A DNA stretch of 64,000 nt from Candidatus Bathyarchaeota archaeon (GCA_026014725.1 JAOZHV010000044.1:28272-92271), one strand, 5' to 3'. Shown: positions 45,477 to 56,199, numbered from the stretch's first letter. Made by a program: numbers and translations. Notes: generated by a model from the letters alone, not told the origin.

Positions 45477-46883
45477 TCAGTTCGTTTGGTTCCAATAGTA
45501 AACTTGCTTGTACCTATCGCCAATTGGGTAGGCTGAATCGTCATAAATAATGTCTAATCTTTCCCCGTAAGTTGCCAATGCTTCTTCTATCTTAGTCCAG
45601 AGATGCCGGTACTCCTCTGGTGGCTGCCACAAACCCCAAACAGTGTCATCTGGTTTTCTCATGCCCCAGCCATAGTTCTTGGGCAAAACGAAAGCTGCCT
45701 CAGCCTTGGCTTCTCCACGCGTCACGTTTGGATTCTGAACATCCTCGTTCCAAAACCGCTCAAGCGCTTGAAAATGCTCCTCCTGCAGTGTGCCCTCGAA
45801 ACCTTGCATGTCCTCTGCATAGTTAAAGATTGCAACGTATTTAGCACCGCTCCTGTAAGCCATGCGCATCTGCTCATAGATTTCCTGCCCGCTCGCCAAA
45901 TAGGGTGCCTGTGTATACTTCCAAGTTATTATGACACCCCAAGTTTTACCCTGCATGTCTGCCGCTCCCCGAACAAGAGCAATGTCTTTAGTTACGCTGT
46001 GGTTCCAGCCAAGTTGAGCTAGAACAACATCATAGCTTGATAGGTAATCAAACCAGTAGAGCACATAATCAGATGTAAAAGTTTTGACCGTTTGATTATT
46101 TGGTACTACCCGATACATTTCATCCAAACTGTCGATGAATCTTTCTGCTGCTTCATCATAGCTTTTGATAGGTCGCGCACTCCATAATTCCTCGTACGTA
46201 TAAGGTAGACTCGAAGCATCCTCCACTATCTTTGAGGAACCACTGCCTGCTTCTTGGTGAGTCAAAAATGTGATTGTTCCGTTAGAGTAGTATGTTGTTA
46301 TGTTATAATTTTCAGAATAAACCGTAGGGTACCCTGACCTAGCTACTATTGTTCCATCGCCCTTGTAAGTAACATTGGTATTCTTGTCTATCATATAGTC
46401 TAAGATGCTGCCATCAGCAATTTTTAAAAATGAACTCTTAGTTTGCGAATCATAGAAGCGCATTTCATTGTCCAGCATTTTTCCTCCCCTCTCATCAGCA
46501 AAGTAAACCCCCAAAAAATGCTCACCCCAACGCTCATCATAACTCGAAAGCCAACTCAACATCCACCCTCCACTGTTCCCCCCAAAAAAAGTGATAAAAT
46601 CCAAACCAGATTCCACAGCATAATCTCCTATTTCATAAATTGCGGCTGTATCGTTCTGCAAAGTTCCAGATTGCAGGATGAACAGGTTAGTGTAATTCTT
46701 GACTTTGTCGATTAACTGTTTGGCTTCGGCGGTTGTGTTTCCGCAGTAAGTAACGCCAACATAGAACTTGCCATCATCAATAACCGCATGCGTTGGCGGT
46801 GCATGGCTAACTATGAAGACTGCCGTTAACACAGTTAACACTAAAACCACTACGACTACGGCAAGCAGTAATGTACGTTTCAA
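45477..46883 (-). CDS. Uncharacterised N-anchored exported protein (paralog 2 of 3)
   Basis: Same motif series; tandem with paralog 1. Confidence 0.8.
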   Translation of the reverse strand: MKRTLLLAVVVVVLVLTVLTAVFIVSHAPPTHAVIDDGKFYVGVTYCGNTTAEAKQLIDKVKNYTNLFILQSGTLQNDTAAIYEIGDYAVESGLDFITFFGGNSGGWMLSWLSSYDERWGEHFLGVYFADERGGKMLDNEMRFYDSQTKSSFLKIADGSILDYMIDKNTNVTYKGDGTIVARSGYPTVYSENYNITTYYSNGTITFLTHQEAGSGSSKIVEDASSLPYTYEELWSARPIKSYDEAAERFIDSLDEMYRVVPNNQTVKTFTSDYVLYWFDYLSSYDVVLAQLGWNHSVTKDIALVRGAADMQGKTWGVIITWKYTQAPYLASGQEIYEQMRMAYRSGAKYVAIFNYAEDMQGFEGTLQEEHFQALERFWNEDVQNPNVTRGEAKAEAAFVLPKNYGWGMRKPDDTVWGLWQPPEEYRHLWTKIEEALATYGERLDIIYDDSAYPIGDRYKQVYYWNQTN

Positions 46884-47060
46884 TTTGCCACTAGCTATTC
46901 CAGTTTACTTTCGATTGATTTCTCTCAAACGTTTATTACCTTTTCCCAAATCGAACCTTTTGAGCTCTAAAATTTTTGCGAGTAACTTAAAAGTAGAATG
47001 AAACGCGGAAAATGTTTAAATCTCGTCAGAAACAGCAATACTAAAAGAGAAACAAAACAC

Positions 47061-47135
47061 GGGCCCGTAGCTCAGCCAGGTCAGAGCGCCAGGCTCATAA
47101 CCTGTTGGTCGCCGGTCCGAATCCGGCCGGGCCCA
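47061..47135 (+). tRNA. tRNA with CAT anticodon, most likely tRNA-Ile2 (agmatidine type); intronless, CCA not encoded
   Basis: GGGCCCG/CGGGCCC acceptor stem, GCTC/GAGC D-stem, CTCATAA loop, GCCGG/CCGGC T-stem, discriminator A; T-run downstream and TTTAAA upstream. Confidence 0.92.
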
Positions 47136-47146
47136 CTTTTTCCAAG

Positions 47147-47872
47147 TTATGACTTTTTCCATTTTTTCCATGGGCGCGGGATGAAGGCTGGAACGTTGCG
47201 TTTGTATTCTAGGAATTCTTCGCCGAACTGCTCTTCCATTTCTTTATCCTCTCTTTTTGCCAATTTCCAGTAGAGGACTGCTAGAATCGGCCATAAAATC
47301 AGGGTTATCACTGTGAGGTACATAACGTTCAAGCCCAAGGTGATAATGAGGAAACCCACGTATTGAGGGTTACGTATGTAACTGTAGAGTCCTGTAGTGA
47401 CGAGTCTGCCTTCGCGTCTGGCTTTATGCACTGCTCTCCAGCCATAAATGATTAAGAGTATGCCTATGCCCATGATTATTTTTGATGCTGGGAAAATGTA
47501 TGAATTAAAGAAGCGGTAGAATGGCTCCTCGCCAAAGACACCTGTTAATAGGAACTCTAAGGAGAAAATGTTGTCTTTACCTACAACAGTTGCGAACATG
47601 TACATAGTGAGTGGAATGCCATACATCTCAACAAAAAGCGCAACTACGAAAGCAATGTAGACGCTGCTTGGTAGCCGTGAGAGCTTCTTCTTAAACGGAA
47701 TGAAAGCGATAAAGAGCCCCAGAAAAACCACGTTCAGAGCGATTAGAATCCATTTTTCAGTTGTGCCCCATTGTGCATCGGTGAGGGTGAGGAAGTAGAG
47801 CGGAACAGCAATTAGTATGACTAAGACTATGAATAGAACAACTTCTTTTATTACGTGTTTTGTTATCTGCAC
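47147..47872 (-). CDS. Isoprenylcysteine carboxyl methyltransferase / PEMT family membrane protein
   Basis: LVTTGLYSYIRNPQYVG and REDKEM..QFGEEFLEYKRNVPAFIP motifs. Confidence 0.88.
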   Translation of the reverse strand: MQITKHVIKEVVLFIVLVILIAVPLYFLTLTDAQWGTTEKWILIALNVVFLGLFIAFIPFKKKLSRLPSSVYIAFVVALFVEMYGIPLTMYMFATVVGKDNIFSLEFLLTGVFGEEPFYRFFNSYIFPASKIIMGIGILLIIYGWRAVHKARREGRLVTTGLYSYIRNPQYVGFLIITLGLNVMYLTVITLILWPILAVLYWKLAKREDKEMEEQFGEEFLEYKRNVPAFIPRPWKKWKKS

Positions 47873-48025
47873 TTCTTTACTCCCAAAACTGTCTTTTAAT
47901 AAAAAATGGGCGTATTCAAATATAAAATTTGCCTAAATTCAGAAGAATAATGACGGATTTCCGTAAAGAGCTGTTTTGGACAAATTTTATAATAACAATA
48001 AAGAATCTTATTATAGTAAGATAGG

Positions 48026-50482
48026 TTGATGAGTTTGATTAGGAAATCACTTGTAGCAATGATGCTGGCAATATTAACAACCAGCATGTTAATGTTTGCA
48101 TTCAACATCCAACCCGTGAAGTCCACCGACACCATGATTCTTATTGCAACCGACGGCTCAATTGACCCTCCAACAGCGCCGATTCAACGAGACGGCAACA
48201 ACTACAAGTTCACCGCTAATATTAACAGCCAAATCGTTGTGAGGGCAAACAACATTGTGGTGGATGGAAGCGGTTACACTCTCAAGGGCTCAGGGAGCGG
48301 AAACGGGGTTTATTTGCTTGGCGTTGAAGGCGTCACAATCCAAAACGTCCATGTTGAAGGTTTCACAGCGGGCATTTACCTTGAAGGCTCGTCAGGTAAC
48401 ACCGTTACTGGAAACACCGTAACAAGCAATGCCTATGACGCCATTCGCCTACAAGATTCTTCCAACAACAAAATCACAAAAAACACCATAACAAACAACT
48501 ACCACAGCATCCGCCTCCACGGCTCATCCCAAAATACTATCACAGAGAACATTCTAAATGATGATTACCACGGCATCTTCCTCCACGGCTCTTACGGCAA
48601 CACTATCCAAAAAAACACACTAACAAACCTGCGCCTGCGAGGCATCGAACTCTACAGTTCCTCAGACTTCAACATGATTTCAGATAACACTTTAATTAAC
48701 GCGTTCAGAGGCGTCTGGCTCTCAGTTTCCTACAACAACACTATTGCAGAAAACACGATAGCAAACAACAGCTACGAAGGCATCGCCTTCTACGGCGCCT
48801 ACAACAACACCATCTCAGCAAACAACATCGCAAACAACAACTACGACGGCATCTACCTCTACGGCGCCTCAGGAACAAACACAATCATTGGAAACAACCT
48901 GACAAACAACTACCACGGCATCCACATCCACGACTCATCCAGTTCAAACATCATCAGCGGCAACACCATAACAAACAGCACCCGAGGCATCCACATACAT
49001 GAAGGCTCACAACTAAACACTCTCAAAGAAAACACAATCACAAACACCCACGACGGCATTTACCTAGACAGCTCCACACAACTAAACACCGTTACTGCAA
49101 ACACCATAACAACCAGTAACCGAGCTATCTACATCGACGGTTCGCTAAACAACACCGTTACTGCAAACACCATAACCAAAAATAATCAAGGCATCGCACT
49201 GCAAGGCTCAGCAGACTTTAACACTGTTTCAGAAAACACCATAACAGGCAACGATTATGACGGCATCTACCTGTTCCGTTCTTCCCAAAACACCATATCA
49301 AGCAATACAATCAAAGAAAACTATCACGGCATAAACATAGACAGCGCAACCAACAACACCATAACCAAAAACACAATAACAAACAATTACTACGACGGTA
49401 TACACGCTGACGACGCAGCCAACTACAACATCATCTCAGAGAACACCATAGCGAGCAATCGTTATGACGGCATCTACATGTACGACGACTCAAACTTCAA
49501 CCTCATCACAAAAAACACCATAACACGCAACGGCAATGACGGCATCTACATCTACTGCTCACAAAACAACACAATCTCACAAAACACTATAACCCAAAAT
49601 TACAAAGGCGTCTTTTTCTGGAACATGTCAGCAAACACAATTTCCGAAAACACCATAGCTGACAACATCTATGACGGCATGTGTGTACACGGCGCGTATA
49701 ACGATATTTTTGGAAATGTTATAGCCAACAGCGGCTACGACGCCATTGGACTGCACGGCGCCTTCAACATAATCTACGGAAACACTATAACAAACAGCGG
49801 CTTTGACGGCATCCACATGTACGATTCACTCTATAACACCGCTTACAGCAACAACCTGATTAACAACACAATCCAAACCCGCCTATCAGACACCACCAGC
49901 GCGCTCGATAACGGTTATGTTTCTGGGGGAAACTACTGGGCTGACTATACTGGAGTTGACGAGTTCTCAGGACCAAACCAAGATGAGCCGGGAAGCGACG
50001 GCATAGGCGACACGCCATACGTCACTGACGCAAACAACCAAGACAACTACCCGCTTATGGCTCCAATCTACTGGTTTGACGCAGGCACATTAAACGGCAC
50101 TCGCTACTCTGTTTATGTGGTGAGCAACTCGATGGTTTCAGGCCTGCAAGTTGACCCTGAAAGCTCCAGTCTGCGCCTAACAATAGCTAAAGGTGTAGCG
50201 GGCTTCTTTAGAATCGCAATCCCCAAAGCTCTTCTATCTTCGGATAGTTTGACTGTTCAAATCAACGGTGAAACAATCACGCCGAAAATCATACAAGACG
50301 ACAATAACGTGTGCCTCTACTTTACCAGCACTCAAACAACAGGCACAATTGAAATAAGCGCATCAGCAACAGCAGGCTTTCCCATGTGGGCTTCAGTTTT
50401 GATTATCGTAATCGTTTTTGCAGTTGCCATATCAGCCATAGCAATCTACAAACTAAACCTGTCAAAAAAAGCAAACCAATAA
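48026..50482 (+). CDS. Surface-anchored parallel beta-helix (NosD/CASH-like) protein
   Basis: More than 20 GIxLxxSxxNxIxxNxIxNN repeats; GNYWADY, DGIGDTPY and DNYPL motifs; C-terminal TM. Confidence 0.9.
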   Translation: MMSLIRKSLVAMMLAILTTSMLMFAFNIQPVKSTDTMILIATDGSIDPPTAPIQRDGNNYKFTANINSQIVVRANNIVVDGSGYTLKGSGSGNGVYLLGVEGVTIQNVHVEGFTAGIYLEGSSGNTVTGNTVTSNAYDAIRLQDSSNNKITKNTITNNYHSIRLHGSSQNTITENILNDDYHGIFLHGSYGNTIQKNTLTNLRLRGIELYSSSDFNMISDNTLINAFRGVWLSVSYNNTIAENTIANNSYEGIAFYGAYNNTISANNIANNNYDGIYLYGASGTNTIIGNNLTNNYHGIHIHDSSSSNIISGNTITNSTRGIHIHEGSQLNTLKENTITNTHDGIYLDSSTQLNTVTANTITTSNRAIYIDGSLNNTVTANTITKNNQGIALQGSADFNTVSENTITGNDYDGIYLFRSSQNTISSNTIKENYHGINIDSATNNTITKNTITNNYYDGIHADDAANYNIISENTIASNRYDGIYMYDDSNFNLITKNTITRNGNDGIYIYCSQNNTISQNTITQNYKGVFFWNMSANTISENTIADNIYDGMCVHGAYNDIFGNVIANSGYDAIGLHGAFNIIYGNTITNSGFDGIHMYDSLYNTAYSNNLINNTIQTRLSDTTSALDNGYVSGGNYWADYTGVDEFSGPNQDEPGSDGIGDTPYVTDANNQDNYPLMAPIYWFDAGTLNGTRYSVYVVSNSMVSGLQVDPESSSLRLTIAKGVAGFFRIAIPKALLSSDSLTVQINGETITPKIIQDDNNVCLYFTSTQTTGTIEISASATAGFPMWASVLIIVIVFAVAISAIAIYKLNLSKKANQ

Positions 50483-50693
50483 GCAACCAGACAATGGCTA
50501 ACTTGTTTTTCACTGCTTTTACGGATGGTGTTTTGGGTGAGTAATCATAGCTTTAGGCATAAAGTCTTGATAGGGGTAACCGTCGTTGCAGATGACCAGG
50601 AAAAGCCGTTTGCTGGATACCTCGAGCTACATTTTAAATCGAAATTAAGAAACTTTATTTGAGTTGACTACCGTTTAAAATGTCAAGATAAAG

Positions 50694-51842
50694 ATGAAAC
50701 GTGTAGGTTTGCTTTTAATAGCCATAATCTTCATCGCAAGTTTAGCAATCATCTATGCGCAAAGCCTAACTTGGAAAGCAAGTGCTGAGCAGGACGAATT
50801 TTACTTCGGAGTCTCGTTTGGTCAAGAAACCGCAGAAGAAGCCAAACGCGAAATCGATAAGGTCAAAAACTACACCAACTTCATCCTCATAAACTCGCAT
50901 GACGTAACAATAAACCAGACCGCGCTAACTGAAGTGTGTGACTACGCAGCCCAAGCCAACCTGAAATTTGTAGTCTACTTCGATTTCATATCTCGAATTG
51001 CTTATCCCTGGCATCAGGCATGGCTTGACAATGCAACGACACGGTGGGGCGACAAATTCTTGGGCGTTCATTTAAGAGATGAACTTGGCGGCAAACAAAT
51101 TGACGGCGCTAACATGACCGTTACAAACGCGGTTGACTACAGTGATGCCGCAAACCAGTTTATCTCAAACATTGCCTCATACAACAGCACCATAGACGCC
51201 AAAGCCAAGAGCATCCCAATGTTCACATCGGATTATGCCCTCTACTGGTGGGTGTACCTGGCTGGCTACGACACCGTTTTTGTGGAGTTAGGCTGGAACC
51301 TTAGCTCAACCCAGCAGATAGCGCTCTGCCGAGGCGCAGCAAACATGCAGGGCAAAGACTGGGGCGCCATCATCGTGTGGAAGTATTATGAGCCTCCGTA
51401 CTTGGCAAGTGCCCAAGAAATCTACGAGGACATGGTTTTAGCTTACAGTGCAGGAGCAAAATACGTTGTTGTATTTAATCATCCAAAGTACCCTGAAGAC
51501 AACCCGTACGGCATCCTCTCAGAAGAGCATTTTGAAGCTATGCAGCAGTTCTGGAATTACGTCAAAGCTAACCCCCGAATAAACGACGGAAGCGTGAAGG
51601 CTGAAGTGGCGCTGGTTTTACCCAAGGATTACGGCTGGGGCATGAGACGCTCAGAATACATAACGCAAGACCACATCTGGGGCATCTGGCCTGAAGACGA
51701 AAAAGCACCAGTCATTCTTGAAAACACGAAAATGCTGCTGGATAAGTACGGCTTAAAACTGGACATAATCTATGAAGACAAAGCATTCGATTACAACACA
51801 AAATACGCAAAAGTTTACTTTTGGAATAGCACAGTTCCCTAA
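50694..51842 (+). CDS. Uncharacterised N-anchored exported protein (paralog 3 of 3, compact form)
   Basis: IDKVKNYTN, DELGGK, TSDYALYW, LGWN, CRGAA and VLPKDYGWGMR motifs. Confidence 0.8.
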   Translation: MKRVGLLLIAIIFIASLAIIYAQSLTWKASAEQDEFYFGVSFGQETAEEAKREIDKVKNYTNFILINSHDVTINQTALTEVCDYAAQANLKFVVYFDFISRIAYPWHQAWLDNATTRWGDKFLGVHLRDELGGKQIDGANMTVTNAVDYSDAANQFISNIASYNSTIDAKAKSIPMFTSDYALYWWVYLAGYDTVFVELGWNLSSTQQIALCRGAANMQGKDWGAIIVWKYYEPPYLASAQEIYEDMVLAYSAGAKYVVVFNHPKYPEDNPYGILSEEHFEAMQQFWNYVKANPRINDGSVKAEVALVLPKDYGWGMRRSEYITQDHIWGIWPEDEKAPVILENTKMLLDKYGLKLDIIYEDKAFDYNTKYAKVYFWNSTVP

Positions 51843-52429
51843 ACACGTTCAAACTCAACTATCTCTTTGATTATATCGTTGACCAACATTACCTTAGCAT
51901 CGTAAACGTATTCCAGATACTTTAGTCCTTGCTCGTGGTCCTGCTTGGTGAACGCTTCAACGCCGTCACTGGCAACCACTATACGGTAACCACGAAAGAA
52001 AGCGTCCGCTGAAGTATGCCTAATACAAATATTAGTATGCAACCCGCCCAGCACCACCGTTTTCGCACCATCGCCCTTGTAGAGACTGCGAAGCAGCGGG
52101 TCTAATCCAGTCTCAAAAAAGCCGCTGTAAGTTCGCTTTTCCACGATGTAATCGCTTGTTTTATCTGGCTCCAACTCAGGGATGACTTCGGCGCCCTTGG
52201 TGCCTTTGATGGCGTGGCTACCCCATTTCCTTATAACCTCAAAATCTTGAGGGTAATGAGCGTCTATACTATAGATAACCGGCACCTCTTTTTTGCGTGC
52301 AGCCACAACCAGACGCTGCAACGGCTCAACGATATTGCCAACTCTCTTGATTTTTAGAGGCCCAGTGAAGAAATCGTTTTGAACATCCACAAGTATGACA
52401 GCTGGATTAATCAAAACTATCACTCTCAC
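51839..52429 (-). CDS. Isochorismatase-family cysteine hydrolase
   Basis: VDVQNDF, EKRTYSGF and GLHTNICIRHT..DAF motifs. Confidence 0.92.
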   Translation of the reverse strand: MRVIVLINPAVILVDVQNDFFTGPLKIKRVGNIVEPLQRLVVAARKKEVPVIYSIDAHYPQDFEVIRKWGSHAIKGTKGAEVIPELEPDKTSDYIVEKRTYSGFFETGLDPLLRSLYKGDGAKTVVLGGLHTNICIRHTSADAFFRGYRIVVASDGVEAFTKQDHEQGLKYLEYVYDAKVMLVNDIIKEIVEFERV

Positions 52430-52464
52430 TAGAAAGGACGCCAGAGATTCTATTTAGCTTTATG

Positions 52465-53517
52465 TTAAACTGAACAGTTCGCGCTCGTCAACTTTTCAGC
52501 ACCGCTCTTCGTCACTAAGACAGTGTCTTCGATTCTGACTCCGCCAAAGCCGGGCAGGTAAATCCCAGGCTCAACCGTCACAACGTTACCCGCCTCCAAC
52601 ACGTCTTTACTGTCAGGGCTCAGCACGGGTCCTTCATGAACCTCCAAACCAACACCGTGCCCCAAGTTATGAACGAAATAGTCACAGAACCCAGCCTCCT
52701 CAACCACAAGCCTAGCTACTGCGTCAACATCTTTTGCCGCTACACTTGGCTTGATTACCTCGATAGCTTTCTGTTGCGCCCGCTGGATTGTCTGGAACAT
52801 TCTTGCTTGTTTTTCTGAAGGTTTCCCAGCGATTAATGTTCGGGTAATGTCTGAGCAATAAAACCTGTACTTTGCACCTAAATCAACCACAACAAAATCA
52901 CCCTCCTCAATGGTTCTCTCTTGAGCGGCGCCGTGTGGGTAGGCGCAACAAAAGCCTGAAGCAACAATCGTGTCAAAAGCTGTGCCGTCTGAGCCTGCCC
53001 TGCGCATGGCGTATTCGACTTCGGCAGCAACTTCATTTTCTTTCATGCCTGGACGGATGATTTCAGCAGCGGTTTGCATACCGATATCAGCTAACTTGCA
53101 GGCTTGACGAATCAGTTTGATTTCTTGCTCATCCTTAATTTTTCGTAATTCAACGATTAAATTGTTGACGGGTTCGAGCTTTTCTTCTCCACCGACGGCT
53201 TTGGCGAGAGCACGCCAGCTTTCAATCGGCAGGGTGTCAACGGCAAGCTTTTTGCATTGGATTTGCTCGGAAATTTTATCAACAAGTTTCTCGCCACGCT
53301 TTATGGGTTCAACAGTAAAGTTTTTGACTTCTGCTTTTGCACGCTCATAGTTAGTTGTTGAGACGTAGAGAATGCCCTCGTTTTGTTCAGTGAGTAAGAG
53401 TGCTACTGCCTCAGAGAAACCTGAAAAATAGATTATGTTAATCGGATTAAAAATTGCCAAGTTGGATGGTTTGCCCTGTTTTTCAACTGACTGTTTTAGG
53501 GCGTTGATGTGTTTCAA
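52465..53517 (-). CDS. Xaa-Pro peptidase (M24B)
   Basis: DLGA..YCSDITRT, HNLGHGVGLEVHE, TVEPGIY and GGVRIED motifs. Confidence 0.95.
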   Translation of the reverse strand: MKHINALKQSVEKQGKPSNLAIFNPINIIYFSGFSEAVALLLTEQNEGILYVSTTNYERAKAEVKNFTVEPIKRGEKLVDKISEQIQCKKLAVDTLPIESWRALAKAVGGEEKLEPVNNLIVELRKIKDEQEIKLIRQACKLADIGMQTAAEIIRPGMKENEVAAEVEYAMRRAGSDGTAFDTIVASGFCCAYPHGAAQERTIEEGDFVVVDLGAKYRFYCSDITRTLIAGKPSEKQARMFQTIQRAQQKAIEVIKPSVAAKDVDAVARLVVEEAGFCDYFVHNLGHGVGLEVHEGPVLSPDSKDVLEAGNVVTVEPGIYLPGFGGVRIEDTVLVTKSGAEKLTSANCSV

Positions 53518-53669
53518 GGTTTTTCGCCTATCTGAGAGCAGATTGTTTTGAAGGTTGGTTTAAGTTTTTGCTTTAGGAGTGAGAAAAGGGTGGTAATTTT
53601 GGCTGTTTACAGGTGCGTTATGTATAAAAACACAGGTCGATATTAACCGTGATTTTTTAAATGAATCAG

Positions 53670-53705
53670 CCATTAACTTAATATAGCTTTCAAATGACTA
53701 ACTAC
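53670..53705 (+). promoter_or_regulatory. Conserved AOR promoter block, copy 1
   Basis: CCATTAACTTAATATAGCTTTCAAATGACTAACTAC; 33/36 identical to 57736-57771; contains TATA-like TTAATATA. Confidence 0.8.
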
Positions 53706-53736
53706 CCATAACAAGCATTGAGGGGACAAAAAAAGC

Positions 53737-55608
53737 ATGTTTGCTTACGCAGGAAAAATTTTGCATGTTAACCTCACAACTGCAGAAACCAAAACAGAGC
53801 CATTAACCGAAGAAATGGCAAAAAATTATATCGGCGGAATCGGCTTAGGCATCCGCCTACTTATGGATAACTCAAAACCAGGTACCGATGCCTTCGACCC
53901 AGATAACCCATTGATTTACTGCACTGGGCCACTCAGCGGCACCATGGGGCCAACAGCTGGAAACGGCTATGCTGTTGTTTCCAAGTCGCCCTCCACAGGA
54001 GGAGTCGGCGAAGCTAAAGCCCACGGATTTTTTGGTCCTGACCTCAAACGCGCAGGATACGATGCAGTAGTAATCAAGGGCAAAGCACCAAAACTATCTT
54101 ACCTTTGGATTGACGATGACAAGGTTGAAATCCGAAACGCTGAACACCTAAAAAACGCAACCGTTAATGAAACTGACCACAAGATTCGAGATGAACTCGG
54201 CGACTTTTACGTCCGTGTTTCAGCCATCGGTGAAGCTGGAGAGAAACTTTGCAGGTTCGCCGCCATCATAAATGACGAGTTCCGTGCTATCGGACGCTCT
54301 GGAATGGGCGGAGTCATGGGCTCAAAGAACCTCAAAGCAGTTGCTGTAAGAGGAACCAAAGACGTAAACGTTGCAAACCTCGACGGCTTCAAAGAATACA
54401 TCAAAATGATTCATGAACGTATGAAGGGTCCAGCAACCAAGAAGTACAAGACCTTGGGCACACCCGAAAACGTACTAGTTCTTAACTCGCTTTCAGCCCT
54501 TGCAACAAGAAACTGGACCAACGCAACTTTTGAAGGTGCACAGAAAGTCAGTGGCGAATACCTAAACGAACATTATGTAAAGAAAATCGTGGGTTGCGCA
54601 ACTTGCGGTATGCGTTGCGACCACATTGCTGTGGTACCAGAAGGACCCTACAAAGGTTCAACTTCACGCTTAGAGTTCGAGTGCCTCTGGAGCATGGGTC
54701 CACTCTGCGGTATTGACCGGCTAGACGCAATTATCGAAGCTATGCGCATAGTCAACGAGTACGGCATGGACGGCATCAGCATCGGCGTCGTGGTAGCTTT
54801 CGCAATGGACTGCTATGAGCATGGCGTAATCACCAAAGAACAAACCGACGGCATAGACCTCCGCTTCGGAAACGCTGAAGCATTAATCGCCATAATCCAC
54901 AAAATCGGCAAACGTGAAGGCTGGCTCGGAAACGCCCTAGCTGAAGGTGTCGCAAAAGCCGCAGAAATCATCGGCGGAGACGCCTACAAGTACGCTTGCC
55001 ACATTAAAGGCTTAGAACTTCCAGGATACGACCTCAGAACCCTAAAGACCGCGGCATTAGGCTTTAGTGTCTCGTTCCGTGGAGCATGCCACCTAAGAAA
55101 CGGCGCCTACTCCCCAGACGTCAAAGGCAAAGTGAACCGCTTCAAGATTGAACCAGGACGCGGCAAGATGATTACTGACGAGAGCCACATGTACAACATC
55201 ATCGACTCGCTGATTGTTTGCAAGTTCAGCAGAGGAACATACTACGACGGTTGGAAAGACCTTGCCAACTATTACACGCTTGCAACTGGCATCCCAATTA
55301 CACCTGAAGAAATGACCCAAAGCGGTGACAGAATCGAAAACCTCGCCAGACTCTTCAACATACGCGAAGGCAAAGGCACAAGAAAATACGACACACTACC
55401 ATGGAAGATAAAGAACTGCCCAGTACCAGACGAGGGACCAGCAAAAGGCGTCGCCGTAAGCGAAGAAGAATTCCAAATCGGCTTAGATGACTACTACAAA
55501 GCACGCGGCTGGACAGTTGACGGAGTGCCCACAGTTGAGAAACTCCAATCACTTGGTCTTGGCGACTTAGCATACATTGCTGAAAACGCAGCTAAAGGAG
55601 GCGCCTAA
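53737..55608 (+). CDS. aor: Tungsten-dependent aldehyde:ferredoxin oxidoreductase family, copy 1
   Basis: KSPSTG, GRSGMGGVMGSKNLKA, CxxCxxxC, DGIS, GACH and YYKARGW motifs. Confidence 0.95.
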   Translation: MFAYAGKILHVNLTTAETKTEPLTEEMAKNYIGGIGLGIRLLMDNSKPGTDAFDPDNPLIYCTGPLSGTMGPTAGNGYAVVSKSPSTGGVGEAKAHGFFGPDLKRAGYDAVVIKGKAPKLSYLWIDDDKVEIRNAEHLKNATVNETDHKIRDELGDFYVRVSAIGEAGEKLCRFAAIINDEFRAIGRSGMGGVMGSKNLKAVAVRGTKDVNVANLDGFKEYIKMIHERMKGPATKKYKTLGTPENVLVLNSLSALATRNWTNATFEGAQKVSGEYLNEHYVKKIVGCATCGMRCDHIAVVPEGPYKGSTSRLEFECLWSMGPLCGIDRLDAIIEAMRIVNEYGMDGISIGVVVAFAMDCYEHGVITKEQTDGIDLRFGNAEALIAIIHKIGKREGWLGNALAEGVAKAAEIIGGDAYKYACHIKGLELPGYDLRTLKTAALGFSVSFRGACHLRNGAYSPDVKGKVNRFKIEPGRGKMITDESHMYNIIDSLIVCKFSRGTYYDGWKDLANYYTLATGIPITPEEMTQSGDRIENLARLFNIREGKGTRKYDTLPWKIKNCPVPDEGPAKGVAVSEEEFQIGLDDYYKARGWTVDGVPTVEKLQSLGLGDLAYIAENAAKGGA

Positions 55609-55609
55609 A

Positions 55610-56128
55610 ATGGTACGCCCACAAGACAGAAAATTCGTAACAGCAGACCCAGAAAAATGTATAGGCTGTTGTGTCTGTGAATACGCTTGCAGTATGGTTA
55701 ACGAAAAAACTTTCAATCCGACTAAATCCCGCATCCGAGCTATGCGCATCGGACCACTAACCAACCTAGCCATCACTTGCAGACACTGCGAAGACCCAGC
55801 ATGTGTAGCCGCTTGCCCAAGAGATGCATTAAGTCAAGAAGAAAACACCGGCATTATCAGAGTAGACGAAAATGCCTGCAACGGTTGCGGATGGTGCATC
55901 AGCGCCTGCCAATTCGGTGCAATGAACATGCATCCAGAAAAGAAAGTCGTATTCACTTGCAACAGTTGCACAGACACCGAGTTCAAAGACGAAGGGCCTC
56001 AATGTGTCAAATGGTGCCCAGAAGAAGCACTAACATACGTCACGGCAGAGACATTGGCGCAGAAGTACCGACAGAAAGCTGTCAAGAACCTGTTCCAAAC
56101 AGCTGAAGAAAAAGCCAAAACAAAATAA
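55610..56128 (+). CDS. 4Fe-4S dicluster (DmsB/HydN-like) subunit
   Basis: Four Cys clusters (CxxCxxCxxxC, CxxCxxPxCxxxCP and similar). Confidence 0.93.
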   Translation: MVRPQDRKFVTADPEKCIGCCVCEYACSMVNEKTFNPTKSRIRAMRIGPLTNLAITCRHCEDPACVAACPRDALSQEENTGIIRVDENACNGCGWCISACQFGAMNMHPEKKVVFTCNSCTDTEFKDEGPQCVKWCPEEALTYVTAETLAQKYRQKAVKNLFQTAEEKAKTK

Positions 56129-56199
56129 AAAATAAAACTTCTAGCGCTTTTTTTATAGCGCTTCTATTTTTAATTTAAGTTCTAAATAGATGTGCTTCT

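Noticed and set aside
47061..52000. tRNA-anchored integrated island
   Set aside because: No duplicated tRNA 3' end or integrase was found in the window.
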